Shown: one piece after another, positions 1 to 11,610 of the stretch
How the letters are laid out: each line of letters starts with the position of its first letter
Numbering within the stretch: the stretch's first letter is position 1
NCBI GenBank assembly: GCA_951406725.2
Contig: OX597828.1
Location: forward strand, 76,446,001-76,510,000
Reading direction: 5' to 3'
Length of the DNA: 64,000 nucleotides
From: Octopus vulgaris
Lineage: Eukaryota
Notes under the pieces: generated by a model
Told to the model about the DNA's origin: nothing
What the model saw: only the letters and a program-made list of their open reading frames with translations
The model's database searches: none
Made by a program: the position numbers and the translations under genes

Positions 1-1
1 T

Positions 2-1987
2 CTCCTCCGTTTTTGCTTTCTCCTCCGTTGGTTTGTCCTCGAGAAGATCCCAGTACAGTTTCTTTGTGAGATATTTTTGGCATTTACCAACCGCACTGGG
101 GAAAATGCCTTTGAGTGTGTGGTGCAGACTTTTGGAGATGTGTAATATTTTGATGTGGTCTGGTGGTGTTGTGTATGGGTGATTGTTTGTTTTTATGTCA
201 TCTTCTGTTATGTTTGTTTTTGATTGGATGTATTCCATTAAATTTGTGTTTTTGGTGTCTATGGCTGTGAGCATGTTTGCTGTATATGTTTTTGTGGTGT
301 TGGTGTGGCTGTTGTTTGCGTTGGGTTTTGAAATGTCTTCGGGAGATGTATTTCCCCCTGCTTTGTTCGTGTTTGCATTTGGTTTGGTTGTGTTTCTGCT
401 CTTTATTTTCCTTCTTTTTGTAGCTATTTGCCATTCCTCACTGGTTTCGTCTTCCGACGAAATTTCTGAGGAATCAGAAGGGGGTAGGGGTATGTTGTGG
501 GCTTCTATGTATGTCTGTGTAAGTGGTTGTGTTGTTGTTTTCGTTGTTGTTGGTTGTTGAGTGTTTGTGTGTGTTGAGTGCGGTATAAGGGATGGGGGAT
601 CAGTTTGTGTGTGTTTTCTTTGTTTTTCTGTTCCTTTGGGTTTTGCTGTTGTTGGTGGTGTTGGTATTTTTCCAGGTGTTGAGTGGTTTTTGGTTGATGA
701 CGGATTAGCTTGGTGTGCTTCTCTTGTCGTCTTCTGTGTTGATGGTGGTGTGGGTAGTAGAGCTTTTTTTCCGGAGTGCTTTGGTTGTGGTAGTGGTTGT
801 TGTTGTTGCTCTTGGTGTGCAGTGGTTGGGCACGTCTTTTTCAAGTGTGTTTCGCTTCCACACAAATAGCAGCGTGGTCGCCTGCCCTCAACCACTATAT
901 AGAGTTTGTAGCCTCCTGGCAGTTCTATAGAGGTGGGTATCTTCTCTCTTGCTGCTTCATCCAATTGAAGCAGGAATTCGATTGATTTGCCCACATAGTC
1001 TTTCTCTCCTAGAACCGCGATTTCCAGGATGTTTGTCTCTGACATTTCAAAGCAGATGGCAGAGACCAACCATTGTGTTTCGACATCAAATGGTATGTTT
1101 TTTATTTGGACTTTCGTGACCCTTTTGTTTAAATAGACTGGTATCATTACCAAGTCGTCCGAATGTAGCTCCAATGTGGAAAAACGTTTTGCTAAACTTT
1201 CGTTGAGGAAACGTACTTGGACTGTACCAAATTTGTTTCCCCAACTGATATATTCCTTGGAGTCCCATGCAGGACGAAGGCATTTTTCGATTTTTTCCTG
1301 CGGTGCATTTTCTGTTCTTCTTGTTTTTTTGTTTATTACTTTATAAATTATTGTTTTTTTTTTGGTGTTTTCCACGATGTGTTGTGGAATGTGAAGGTGC
1401 AATTTGTCTCCTTCTTTGGAGAAGAGTGCCTTTGTGCGGTTTATCTCTTGTGTGGTGAATGTTACAATTGTTCTTTTTTGTTTTGTTACGTCCGCAAAAT
1501 TCGTTTTGAATTTGGCAGTAGAAGTGTTAATTGTGGCAGTGTTAATTGAAGTCATGGTAGTGGTGTTGGTGTTGGCGGTATTAGCAGTAGAAGGCTTGGA
1601 TGTAGCATTTGACGTCGTAGTAGTGGTGTTGGTGTTGGCGGTGTTGTCTTTGGTAGGCGGCTTTGTGCCAATTTCGTTGTTGTTGTTGTTGGTGGTGATG
1701 GTGGTGGTGCTGGCATTCATGTTTTCGTTTGTATTCATTTTTGAAATCCCTTTCTCTGTCCCTTTATCATCAACAAGTGGTGTGGGGAGTGAGGGGAAAT
1801 CTAAGTTAATGTCTTTGGTCGCGGCGATGGTGAATGCGGCGTTAGATTTGTTGTTGTTGTTGGTGGTGGTGGTGATGGTGGTGACAGCGGTGTTCACGCT
1901 GCGATGTTTAGTAGTTAGTGGTAGCAATAGTGTTTTGCTACCGTTCTGCATGACTGGCGGGCTAGCCACGTGGTTTCTAGTTGCCAT
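2..1987 (-). CDS. ORF1 (gag-like nucleic-acid-binding protein) of a Tx1/L1-like non-LTR retrotransposon; 3' end runs off the window
   Basis: Manual minus-strand translation from ATG 1987 (MATRNHVASPPVMQNG...) stays open for 662 codons to the window edge, so the ORF track omits it. It has an RRM-like segment (VTKVQIKNIPFDVETQWLVSAI), a CCHC knuckle (VVEGRRPRCYLCGSETHLKKTCP, ~830-895) and T/N/P-rich low-complexity flanks. Confidence 0.85.
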   Translation of the reverse strand, partial: MATRNHVASPPVMQNGSKTLLLPLTTKHRSVNTAVTTITTTTNNNNKSNAAFTIAATKDINLDFPSLPTPLVDDKGTEKGISKMNTNENMNASTTTITTNNNNNEIGTKPPTKDNTANTNTTTTTSNATSKPSTANTANTNTTTMTSINTATINTSTAKFKTNFADVTKQKRTIVTFTTQEINRTKALFSKEGDKLHLHIPQHIVENTKKKTIIYKVINKKTRRTENAPQEKIEKCLRPAWDSKEYISWGNKFGTVQVRFLNESLAKRFSTLELHSDDLVMIPVYLNKRVTKVQIKNIPFDVETQWLVSAICFEMSETNILEIAVLGEKDYVGKSIEFLLQLDEAAREKIPTSIELPGGYKLYIVVEGRRPRCYLCGSETHLKKTCPTTAHQEQQQQPLPQPKHSGKKALLPTPPSTQKTTREAHQANPSSTKNHSTPGKIPTPPTTAKPKGTEKQRKHTQTDPPSLIPHSTHTNTQQPTTTKTTTQPLTQTYIEAHNIPLPPSDSSEISSEDETSEEWQIATKRRKIKSRNTTKPNANTNKAGGNTSPEDISKPNANNSHTNTTKTYTANMLTAIDTKNTNLMEYIQSKTNITEDDIKTNNHPYTTPPDHIKILHISKSLHHTLKGIFPSAVGKCQKYLTKKLYWDLLEDKPTEEKAKTEE

Positions 1988-2708
1988 TTTCAAAATGAAA
2001 AATGGCTAAAAAACCCACGAAAGTTTTGAAAGTTTTTTTGTAATTTCGCCCATACAGGGGCGGAATTCTACGTGAATAATTCTCAGGTTTTTTAGTGAAT
2101 GAACTTGCACAACGATTAAAACAAAATATTTGACAACAAGGAGTTTTAAACATGTAAAAGTGGCCAACTTACGTGGAGCCGATATGACTATCGTCCGTCC
2201 ATATGACTGGCGGGCTAGCCACGTGGTTTCTAGTTGCCATTTTCAAAATGAAAAATGGCTAAAAAACCCACGAAAGTTTTGAAAGTTTTTTTGTAATTTC
2301 GCCCATACAGGGGCGGAATTCTACGTGAATAATTCTCAGGTTTTTTAGTGAATGAACTTGCACAACGATTAAAACAAAATATTTGACAACAAGGAGTTTT
2401 AAACATGTAAAAGTGGCCAACTTACGTGGAGCCGATATGACTATCGTCCGTCCATATGACTGGCGGGCTAGCCACGTGGTTTCTAGTTGCCATTTTCAAA
2501 ATGAAAAATGGCTAAAAAACCCACGAAAGTTTTGAAAGTTTTTTTGTAATTTCGCCCATACAGGGGCGGAATTCTACGTGAATAATTCTCAGGTTTTTTA
2601 GTGAATGAACTTGCACAACGATTAAAACAAAATATTTGACAACAAGGAGTTTTAAACATGTAAAAGTGGCCAACTTACGTGGAGCCGATATGACTATCGT
2701 CCGTCCAT
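1950..2708 (-). repeat. Three identical tandem 253-bp units forming the 5' end of the LINE
   Basis: The unit start tgactggcgggctagcc recurs at 1951, 2204 and 2457. Units look identical by eye, and each contains the 5'UTR plus the first 12 codons of ORF1. Confidence 0.95.
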
Positions 2709-2714
2709 TGTGAG

Positions 2715-3036
<322 letters not shown>

Positions 3037-3614
3037 AAAACTGTCGCTACATCAGGCAATCAGGTAATAATATAACAGGTGTTTAAACTAAAACAACCCT
3101 AAATTCGGGCACAAACTTCGCCCTTTGTATGCTCTAAATGTCATATAACATACACTGGACGAAAGCGTTTACACAGCTTTCCCGCGCAAGCATCCTATAA
3201 TCTTAATGAATAGTCCTAGCAGAAAACTGTTCGAAAATTGCCTTAATTCACCAATAACGACGTGACCCGTATTCAGTGTTTAAAAACAAACGATTTTTAA
3301 ACAACGGCCTGAAAATTTAGTTTTCGACACCTACCCACGATCCTCATGACGGGCATTTCTGAAAAATTAGATCGTGAAAGATACCATCATGTTAGAATCG
3401 CAATACCATTTTTATTGTACGTTGTATTTACTTATTTCATGCCTAGGATGTGTCAGTATTCAATATTTCAAAGACAAGGTGTTTAATGGAACGCTTTACT
3501 AGTCTAGATTTTCCCAAAGAAGATGAAGATAGAAAGAAGCAACAACAGCAAAATAACGAACAACAAAAACAACAACGTAGGAGTCATTAGAAGAGAGAAG
3601 CAAAGAGTTGGTAA

Positions 3615-3713
3615 GAGGGCGAGCTGGCGGAATCGGTAGCACGCCGAAAGGATGAGAAGCCGGGGTCGACATTACCTTTCATCCTTTCGGGGTCGATGAA
3701 TTAAGTACCAGTG
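3615..3713 (+). mobile_element. tRNA-derived SINE, family 1 (internally deleted copy)
   Basis: Head gcgagctggcggaatcggtagcacgcc and core gtcgac...ctttcatcctttcggggtcgatgaattaagtaccagt, shared with the full copy at 55682-55907. Confidence 0.8.
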
Positions 3714-4378
3714 GCGGATTTCCAAGATATAGCCCACAGATCATCACAGATCCTCCTCAACGTTCAAGAGTTGGAAGAAGGCAGTCTGGGTCAAATGCTT
3801 CTTTTGGCTGTCTCCAAACGTATACTCGCCAGTGGTCGGAAATAAGGTAAAGGATTGCAGCCCTCCAGTGAAATCCGGCTTTATGCAGCTCCTGGCGAAC
3901 GGTTTTTGTGGAAACCGGGTTCCAGAGCGTGTCTCTAAGCTCTGCAGTAATTTTGGGAGCCTTACTTTTGTGATCCTTTCTAACAATTCGCGTAAGAGTC
4001 CGACGGTCCCTATCTGAATGTTTTTATTTTTTCCGGAGTTTGTTTCGACCAGGAGGTTTTTCCCGCTTTCTCAAAGGCTGTCATTATTTTCGAGATACAC
4101 CAAACATTTTGGCTGTTTTCTTTACGCTAGCGCCTGCCATACGAGCACCAACAATTTGACCTTTTTGAAAATCCGATAGATCTGTCATGTTAATGAATTT
4201 TAATTACCCTTTTCTGATGATATCTGAAAAGAAACAGCAATTTTAGCAAAACATATTAAGAAGCACTAACAATAAATCAAAAAAACAAAAATAAATAAGC
4301 TTTTGACTGTTTTATAGATATTTCCAAATTATGATGCCATGATGTTAGGTGTTTCCATTATTTTGTCAAACCCCTGAA
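3714..4378 (-). mobile_element. Tc1-family DNA transposon, 5' half with decayed transposase
   Basis: TIR-like caggggtttgacaaaataatggaaacacc at ~4348-4376. The frameshifted translation reads MTDLSDFQKGQIVGARMAGASVKKTAKMFGVS...SDRDRRTLTRIVRKDHKSKAPKITAEL...VSTKTVRQELHKAGF...VYVWRQPKEAFDPDCLLPT..GGSVMI, typical of Tc1 paired/HTH and DDE-start regions. Confidence 0.9.
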
Positions 4379-5019
4379 TATATTAAAAGTCAAATTGTAG
4401 ATGAACACATCATAAAATTTATTGGACAATTTTTTCCCCCACAAAAGTGACTTTTAGTTTGATTTCGTTGGATTTTATCTTCCATCGACCATCGTTTAAG
4501 TTCTTAGGATTTTGTATCTGTTGTGTAGCTTGTAACAACGAAGCGCCCTTCTCATGTAGTCTGAAGTACCTGAACCTCGCGCCGATCATGTCTTAGATAG
4601 CAGTGAAACACTCTTCTTTAGAAATGCAGCTACTCGCCATTGCGTCTGCTACAGGGAGCTGCGCATCACTTAATGAGCCACAGAAATGAGTCACAGCCCT
4701 CGCTTGGCCACGCTGCACATCACTCAGACACCTGAATCAATGGATCACACTTCTCTGTCTCTCTCTTTCTATATCCTTCTCTCTCTTTCTCTCTCTCTCT
4801 CACCCTCAGGCACGTTGCTCCTCGCTCTGTCTACTTCAACCCGAAGAATAGAAAAGTTTGTAATATCTAAACTGTTTAGCATTTGTCCCTGTCATATCAG
4901 GACCGAAGAAAAGGGGTTTGTTGCTGTTGAATCCAAGGTCATCTAGCAGACCTATGATCAGTGATATTCCCTATGTGACCATACATACTTCTGGGAGTTT
5001 ACCCACCACTACCTGCCTC

Positions 5020-5348
5020 TTTGCTTGTTTTGGCAATCGGACTGCAGCCATGTTGGACGCGGGACGGTTCAGTCAAACAAATTCAAACAGTACTTATTGG
5101 TTTTCTTTTACTGAACCGTGAGGTTTTTGGGACATAAACAAACTAACACCGGCTGTCAATCAGGGGCTGAGAACAAACACACACGCGAGGGGATTCTTTC
5201 TGTTTCCGTCTCCCGAATCTACACACAGGGTTTTGGTGGATTCGAACCTATTGCAGACAGAAGACATTTATCCAGGATGCCGTGCCATGGGACATAACTC
5301 TAGAGCACGTGGCTGAGGATCAAGCTTCTTTACCACACAGCCACACCG
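5020..5348 (-). mobile_element. tRNA-derived SINE, family 2 (diverged copy)
   Basis: Head tggctgtgtggtaa... and body match the full copy at 22545-22956. Confidence 0.75.
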
Positions 5349-5358
5349 GAGCCCTATA

Positions 5359-6979
5359 TCTATATATATATATAAAAGTGAAGTTGTGTGAGTGTCTGTC
5401 TCCTACGATTTAGATTCCTAACTACTCTCACATTTTGCGGTGCAGTTTAACCAAATTCGGATATCTTATAGTCGTGATTCATATCGAGCCCGTCTGGGTA
5501 TTAGCGCGCGTCTACGATGAGTCTACGATTTTAAAAATAATTTACCATAATTTTTCTCCATTTTAACGCATATTTTTTTCCCTCACTCGTGAAGCTGTGG
5601 GGAAGGGAGTGTAAGGAAATCAACGTCGTAAAGCGTTGTCAAGGAGACCAGCGTTCTTTTAGAACAACGACTTCATGGCTTGAAGACACCAAAACAGAAA
5701 TGGCTAAGAAAGCCCGAAAGCAAATTCTACAAAATCGGGAAACACGCCACACAGGGAAGGTTTTCCGTGCAAATAATTTGCACAACCGAATGTTATAGTT
5801 GTTGCACAACTTTTACTTAAAAAATATTATCCATACACACACTTTTGAAGGCAATATTGTATGGCGATGGTACTTGTGAAATATGGTAATGGATTTAGTA
5901 GCCAAAAGGAGAGAGCAGAGGCATAGTATGGTGGTGGTGGAGGCGGTGGTAGTGGCAGCGGTGCTGGCGGTGGTGCTGGTAGTGGTGATGGTGGTCGTGG
6001 TGGTCGTGGTGGTCGTGGTGGTCGTGGTCGTGGGGGTCGTCGTGTTTGTGGTGGTGGTGGTGTTGTTGTTGTTGTTGGTGGTGGTCGTGGTGGGTGGTGG
6101 GGGTGGTGATGATGGTGGTGGTGGTGGTCGTGGTGATGATGGTGGTGGTGGTGGTGGTCTTCGTGGTGGTGGTGGTGATGGTCATGGGCGTAGTGGTGGT
6201 GGTGGTCATGGTGGTAGTGGTGATAGTGTTGGTCGTGGTGGTGGTGGTGGTGGTGGCTGAAGCTGTCGTCTGGGTTCTTCCAATTTTTTCGTGTGTCGGT
6301 GGCGGCGTTGGCGTTCATGCTCGCACCTGCACCTGTGTAGCTCCTCCCCTTCTTCCCTCCCTCGTGAAGCTGTGGGAAAGGCAGGGTAGGGAAATCAACG
6401 TCGTAAAGCGTTGTCAAGGAGACCAGCGTTCTTTTAGAACAACGACTTCATGGCTTGAAGTCGCCAAAACAGAAATCGCTAAAAAGGCTGAAACAGATCT
6501 ACAAAAAAGGCAAAAACCGCCACACAGGGCAGGTTTCCTGTGCAAATAATTTGCACAACCGAATGTTTTAGTTGTTGCACAAATCTTTATATATAAAAGT
6601 GAAGTTGTGTGTATGTCTCCTACGATTTAGATTCCTAACTACTCCCACATTTTGCGGTGCAGTTTAACCAAAACCGGGTATCTTATAGTCGTGATTCATA
6701 TCGAGCCCTTCTGGGTATTAGCGCGCGTCTACGATGAGTCTACGATTTTAAAAAAAATTACCATCATTTTTTCCATTTTAATGCATTTTTTCGCTATTAT
6801 ATAAGGGAAGTAATTCTCTAAAAATGTCTACGATGAGTCAACGATTTAAAAAAAAAATTACCATCATTTTTTATTCCAATTTTAATGCATTTTTTTGCTA
6901 TGTTTTGCTATAACTCTCTAAAAATGCTTATATAGTTATTTCCCTTACAAACCCGAGCAACGCCGGGCGATACTGCTAG
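5359..6979 (+). mobile_element. Composite non-autonomous Helitron with two 5' ends and one 3' end
   Basis: A|TC 5' termini at 5359 and 6584, each followed by the same ~220-bp sequence. The 3' end has the hairpin cccgagcaacgccggg, then CTAG|T at 6976-6980. Internal duplication 5581-5810 / 6358-6582 and a (GGT)n tract at ~5925-6255. Confidence 0.85.
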
Positions 6980-8659
6980 TTATTCTATAAAGCCTTTATG
7001 ATTTTCAGCACAGTTTGAGAAAAAATATTCTGTTACAGTCTCTACAAGGTCGAACGACTGCTGCTAAAAGAGGCACTCGTTGCTTGATCTTATTGACGCT
7101 GTTATTATCAGCAATGTTGTTGTTGTTCTTCCACTTGGCGATGATGATGCTGATGCATTAGGGTTGCTGCTGTCGTGGTTGCTGCTGCTGCTGCTGCTAA
7201 TGTTGTTGTTAGTATTTCATAATTGTTTTCATATTCGCTACTCTTGATATTAGTTCTACTAACGTTGTTATTTGGTTGGTATTTTTCATTTTAACCAAGT
7301 AGTTGTTTTCAATGTTGATGGCAGCCATGATGTTGGTGCTGACGTGTCAACGTCGGTGGCGCTGAGATTATGTTTGATGTATTTGTTTGTTTATTTTTAC
7401 TATTCACCTCGTCTTTATTGTTGTATTTGTATTTTTTTAATGATATCCTCCTTCCTTTCCAAATCCACAGGTAGTTTTTTGTTGTTTTTTATCATTATTG
7501 TCTTTTATGTTATCCTTATTAATGTTGCAGTTGCTCTTGCTGACATCAACATTCATGTTGGTTTCGTTGTTGTTGCTGTTGTTAGTACTGTTATATTATT
7601 GCTTGTCGTTGAGATCCAGAATTCCGGATTGATTACTATTATTAAATATTATTATTATTACTATTATTATTACTATTATTATTACTATTATTATTACTAT
7701 TATTATATTATTATTATTGTTGTTGTTGTTGTTGTTGTTGTTAAGTTGGATTATTTTAATTCTCCTATTAATATCCCGCTTGTGTGGCTAAATCAACTGT
7801 CAGACAAAGACGGAATTATGAGAATAAGAGAGGGAGAGAAATGGGGAGAGAGAAGTGAAGGGAGATGTTGGTTTTGAGAGTGGGAGGTTGATGAAGAGAG
7901 AGAAAGGAAGTGTAGGGGAGAGGGAGCAATCTATTGCCTTTAGGTGAGGAACACACTTCGTTATTTAATGACCTTCCATATAAAAAGGAGGGAGAGAGAA
8001 AGAGAGAGTAAGAGAGAGAAAGAAAGAAAAAAAAAGGAAGAGAGGAAGAAATTGAGAAGTGCTCAAGACCAAACGTTTGGTGCCGTCGTCAGGTTTTCGT
8101 GTCTTTTCCTGCAAGGCTTCTAATTCTAATATCCGATCTTGTAAAAACTGTGGAACATTTTTGGATGACGTGTCTCTTTATTCTTGGCATTCCTCTTTGT
8201 CTCCATCTCTACTTGTCACACCACCACTCCCCCCTCTCCCCCTCTCTCCATCTCTCTCTATCTCTCTTTCTCTCTTGTTCGATCTTCCTATTTTTTCTTT
8301 TCCCTAAAATAACTCCAGCTTCTTTTGTTGTCTTTAACAGCAAACCAATATTAGTTCCAGCAAAAAGGCATCACATACTGAAAATAGCCGCCTCCTTCTC
8401 TCATATTGATAATTAAACACGATGAGACAACATCGCCATCTCCATCCCCAGCATCAACCGATCGCAAAGTATAAAAGAAAATGCAAAAACTATTTATTAA
8501 ATTGAAAATGGAAAAAGCAAATATAACAAGGATATTTTTTTAATATTTTAAGAAATAGCCAAATATTTTTTTTCCTATCAAAATACGAGATGAAGCGTTA
8601 TTTAAAAAATAAAATACGACTTTTTTTAAAGAAATAATACTGTGTGAAGAAAAAGTTGT

Positions 8660-8691
8660 ATACATACATATATATACACATGTATACAACT

Positions 8692-8742
<51 letters not shown>

Positions 8743-9159
8743 GTGTGTATATATATGTGTGTATGTATGTTTTAGAATTAACACGTAAATATTATAAACG
8801 GCCGAAACATAAATCTTTAGGCTTTTAAATCTTTAAAAATGATGGTGTGACAGAAAATAGATAAAAAATTATAAAATATTTGATAGGAAAGTCTTGAAAC
8901 AACGACAGAGTGACAGAAACTAAATGATCTGGAATATTCGCTTCTGTCAAATTCTGAACGCAAAGTAGAAATCCTTGAAAGTTTATTCTCACAATAAAAG
9001 ATGGCAAGGTTAATAAGAAAGTGAAAAATAAAGAGTGTTTGTTGCCGATGGCGATTTGAAGAAAGAAAATCCAAATAAGCAAAATCAGGAAAGAAAAAAA
9101 ACTCGACATCACGCATAGCAATGCTGTTACACACGCGCGCACACACACACAAACACACA

Positions 9160-9209
<50 letters not shown>

Positions 9210-9297
9210 CATACATGGTCATGTGCATATGTATCTACATATATATATATATACACACATATATACGTATATATATATATGTATGTATGTATATGTA

Positions 9298-9376
<79 letters not shown>

Positions 9377-9469
9377 ATTTATGCACACACACACATACAT
9401 ATATATACATATACACACACATATATATATAAATAAATATATTCGTGGTTATACATAGATATATTTCTT

Positions 9470-9515
<46 letters not shown>

Positions 9516-9560
9516 CATGTGTACATAGATGCATTCTCGCATACATATATACATATACAC
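8660..9560. repeat. (TA)n/(CA)n compound microsatellite cluster
   Basis: Direct inspection. Confidence 0.9.
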
Positions 9561-10689
9561 AAATCCAGTCGATAACATACAACACTCACGCAGGAAACAA
9601 AACCCAAAAAATAAATTTGGCGAAAAGTTTGTGAAATCATTCGGATTATTCTAAAAATAAATGAACTTGGCGTTTTTTTGTCAATTTTTTATATTGTTTT
9701 TAGCTAAAAAAAACATTGAACATAAAAAAACTATCCTTTGGTCTGTAGAAATCTTTTGAGACTGGAATAATCGAAAATAAAAATAAAATTAAATAAATGA
9801 GAATATAAAAATTTAAAAACAAAGAAAATTGATCTGCATTTCCAAGCAAGATGACAAACGAATATTAGCTAAATTGTTGTTGTTGTTGTTGTTGTGGTTA
9901 TTGTTGCTGGCGGTGGTGGAGAATAGCCCTAGGTTATACCTTTATCGAGCAGACATACGTTCAACCGTGACCATCTTGTTAGTTTTCATGTATTTAATTA
10001 TTTGCTTTTTGCAGACTTAATTATGCAAGGTGTTGTTTTCTAAGACGGTGTGATGTGTTTTGAGGGCGATTTGCCTACTATTTCTCTCAAGCTGAAATAC
10101 CTCATAAAGTCTTCATTGGCCTCTCATTTTCTTGTTGTTGTTCATTTTGTTTGTTATTGTTTTTGTCGTTGTTTTTGGTGGTGGCGGTTTTAGCGGTGGT
10201 AGTGGTAGCGGTGGCGGCGGCGGCTGTGGTGGTGTTGGTATTGGTGTTGGTGGTGGTTGTTAAATCCAGGTGTCCTTCCCAAAATAGGTGGATTTGATTT
10301 CAAACTAGTTCTAACGGTTGTTATTTCTTAATAGATTTCCGTCTATTAACTGTGACGTTGTCTTTTTTATTCTATATAAGTTCGTAGTGTACTATTTAAA
10401 GAACTGGCTGTTATCTCTAGCAAATAAATCGACTGCTTCGTGCCTTTGTATATGACACAAACGTCAGCATTAAAGTTATTCCCATTTAAAGGTTGACAAT
10501 TGGCAACATCAGCAATATTATTTCGATTCCATGCTCTTGTCGTTCGATTCCCGCTGAAGTCAGCTTTGCTTTCATCTTTTCGCAATCAATAAAATAAAGT
10601 TTTTATAGAGAAAACCTCTAGAAATGTTTGTCTTGTGTTTATCGTACAAATAATTTCGTTTGTAGGGAATATTTATTTATAAATTTTCT

Positions 10690-10736
<47 letters not shown>

Positions 10737-10782
10737 GTGCATCAGCATGGCCACAACTCTGAGCTGAAACTAGAGAAAAAAT

Positions 10783-10838
<56 letters not shown>

Positions 10839-10870
10839 TTATATAAATAAATGTTCCTTTTCGAGACATT

Positions 10871-10970
10871 CGAGGCTCATAAGGGCCGGGTTTTCCAAGT
10901 TTCCTTGGCGTATAGGTTCCCCACCTGGACGGGACGCCGGTCCGTCGCAGGATTACTCATTTTCGCCAGC
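10871..10970 (-). mobile_element. Probable SINE fragment (GC-rich island)
   Basis: GC-rich ccccacctggacgggacgccggtccgtcgcaggattactc recalls a SINE body. No second full copy in the window confirms it. Confidence 0.45.
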
Positions 10971-11144
10971 ACCTCCACATACAACTATATGAGCATGACT
11001 TATTAAATACCGTAATGCAATTATAATTTAACTCTTGTAGATTGGCTATTATTTTATGAGAACAACAACCAGCTGTGGTCATTTCTAATCACTAAGGTGT
11101 TATTACAAACATGGTGTATCCCACCAATTCACTATTCTGTTACG

Positions 11145-11400
11145 GTAAATCCGGTTCCTGTCTCCACACTTCGGCGTTAAGGTAAACGTTGATTACTTCT
11201 CATCATTATGATATCAAAGGAAACACCGTCTCCTAGTCGCTATGACGTTACGATGTCGTCCTACTTTCGTCAGTTCAGTGTAACGCTAAACGCGGTCTCC
11301 CTCTCGTCGCAAGGATATTAGAGTAAACGTGGCCTCCCTCGAGTCACTACAATGTTACAGTAGCCGTTAGTTTATCTATCATTACTGTAATGCTACAGAC
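11145..11400. repeat. Degenerate ~37-bp tandem repeat, about 6-7 units
   Basis: Recurring gtaaacgYggYctccctc..gtcRctaYRaYgttaca pattern. Confidence 0.6.
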
Positions 11401-11610
11401 GGATAACTGAGAGAAATTTAGTGCGCCAGACAAAATGTTTAGCGGTATTTCTTCCAGTTGTATGTCTTGAGTTGAAATTACACTTTCATCTTTTCGGGTT
11501 TGATAAAATATATACTGTCTGGTCTGAGCACTATGGTCGGTATAATTGGCTGGCCCCGTTTCCCTGAAAATTTCAGGCCTTGCGCCTATAGCAGAAAGGA
11601 TTATTAAGTC
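11400..11610 (+). mobile_element. SINE family 1, diverged copy
   Basis: aaatgtttagcggtatttc...ctttcatcttttcggg..gataaa...caggccttgcgcctatagcagaaaggattatt. Confidence 0.7.

Noticed and set aside
183-2009. Plus-strand V/L/F-rich ORFs that look like membrane proteins
   Set aside because: They are antisense shadows of the A/C-rich minus-strand ORF1.
1950-2708. Tandem units as a CRISPR array or independent satellite
   Set aside because: There are no unique spacers, the context is eukaryotic, and the units are contiguous with the LINE ORF1 start.
5827-6549. His-rich, Pro-rich, Gly-rich and poly-Val ORFs
   Set aside because: They are translations of a (GGT)n tract inside a Helitron, open in many frames, with no splice or domain evidence.
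8817-9640. YI/CV/HT-repeat ORFs here and at 15.8-17k, 25.5k, 36.6-37.1k, 41.7-43.5k, 53.3k, 55.3k and 58.2k
   Set aside because: Dinucleotide and tetranucleotide microsatellites lack stop codons by composition.
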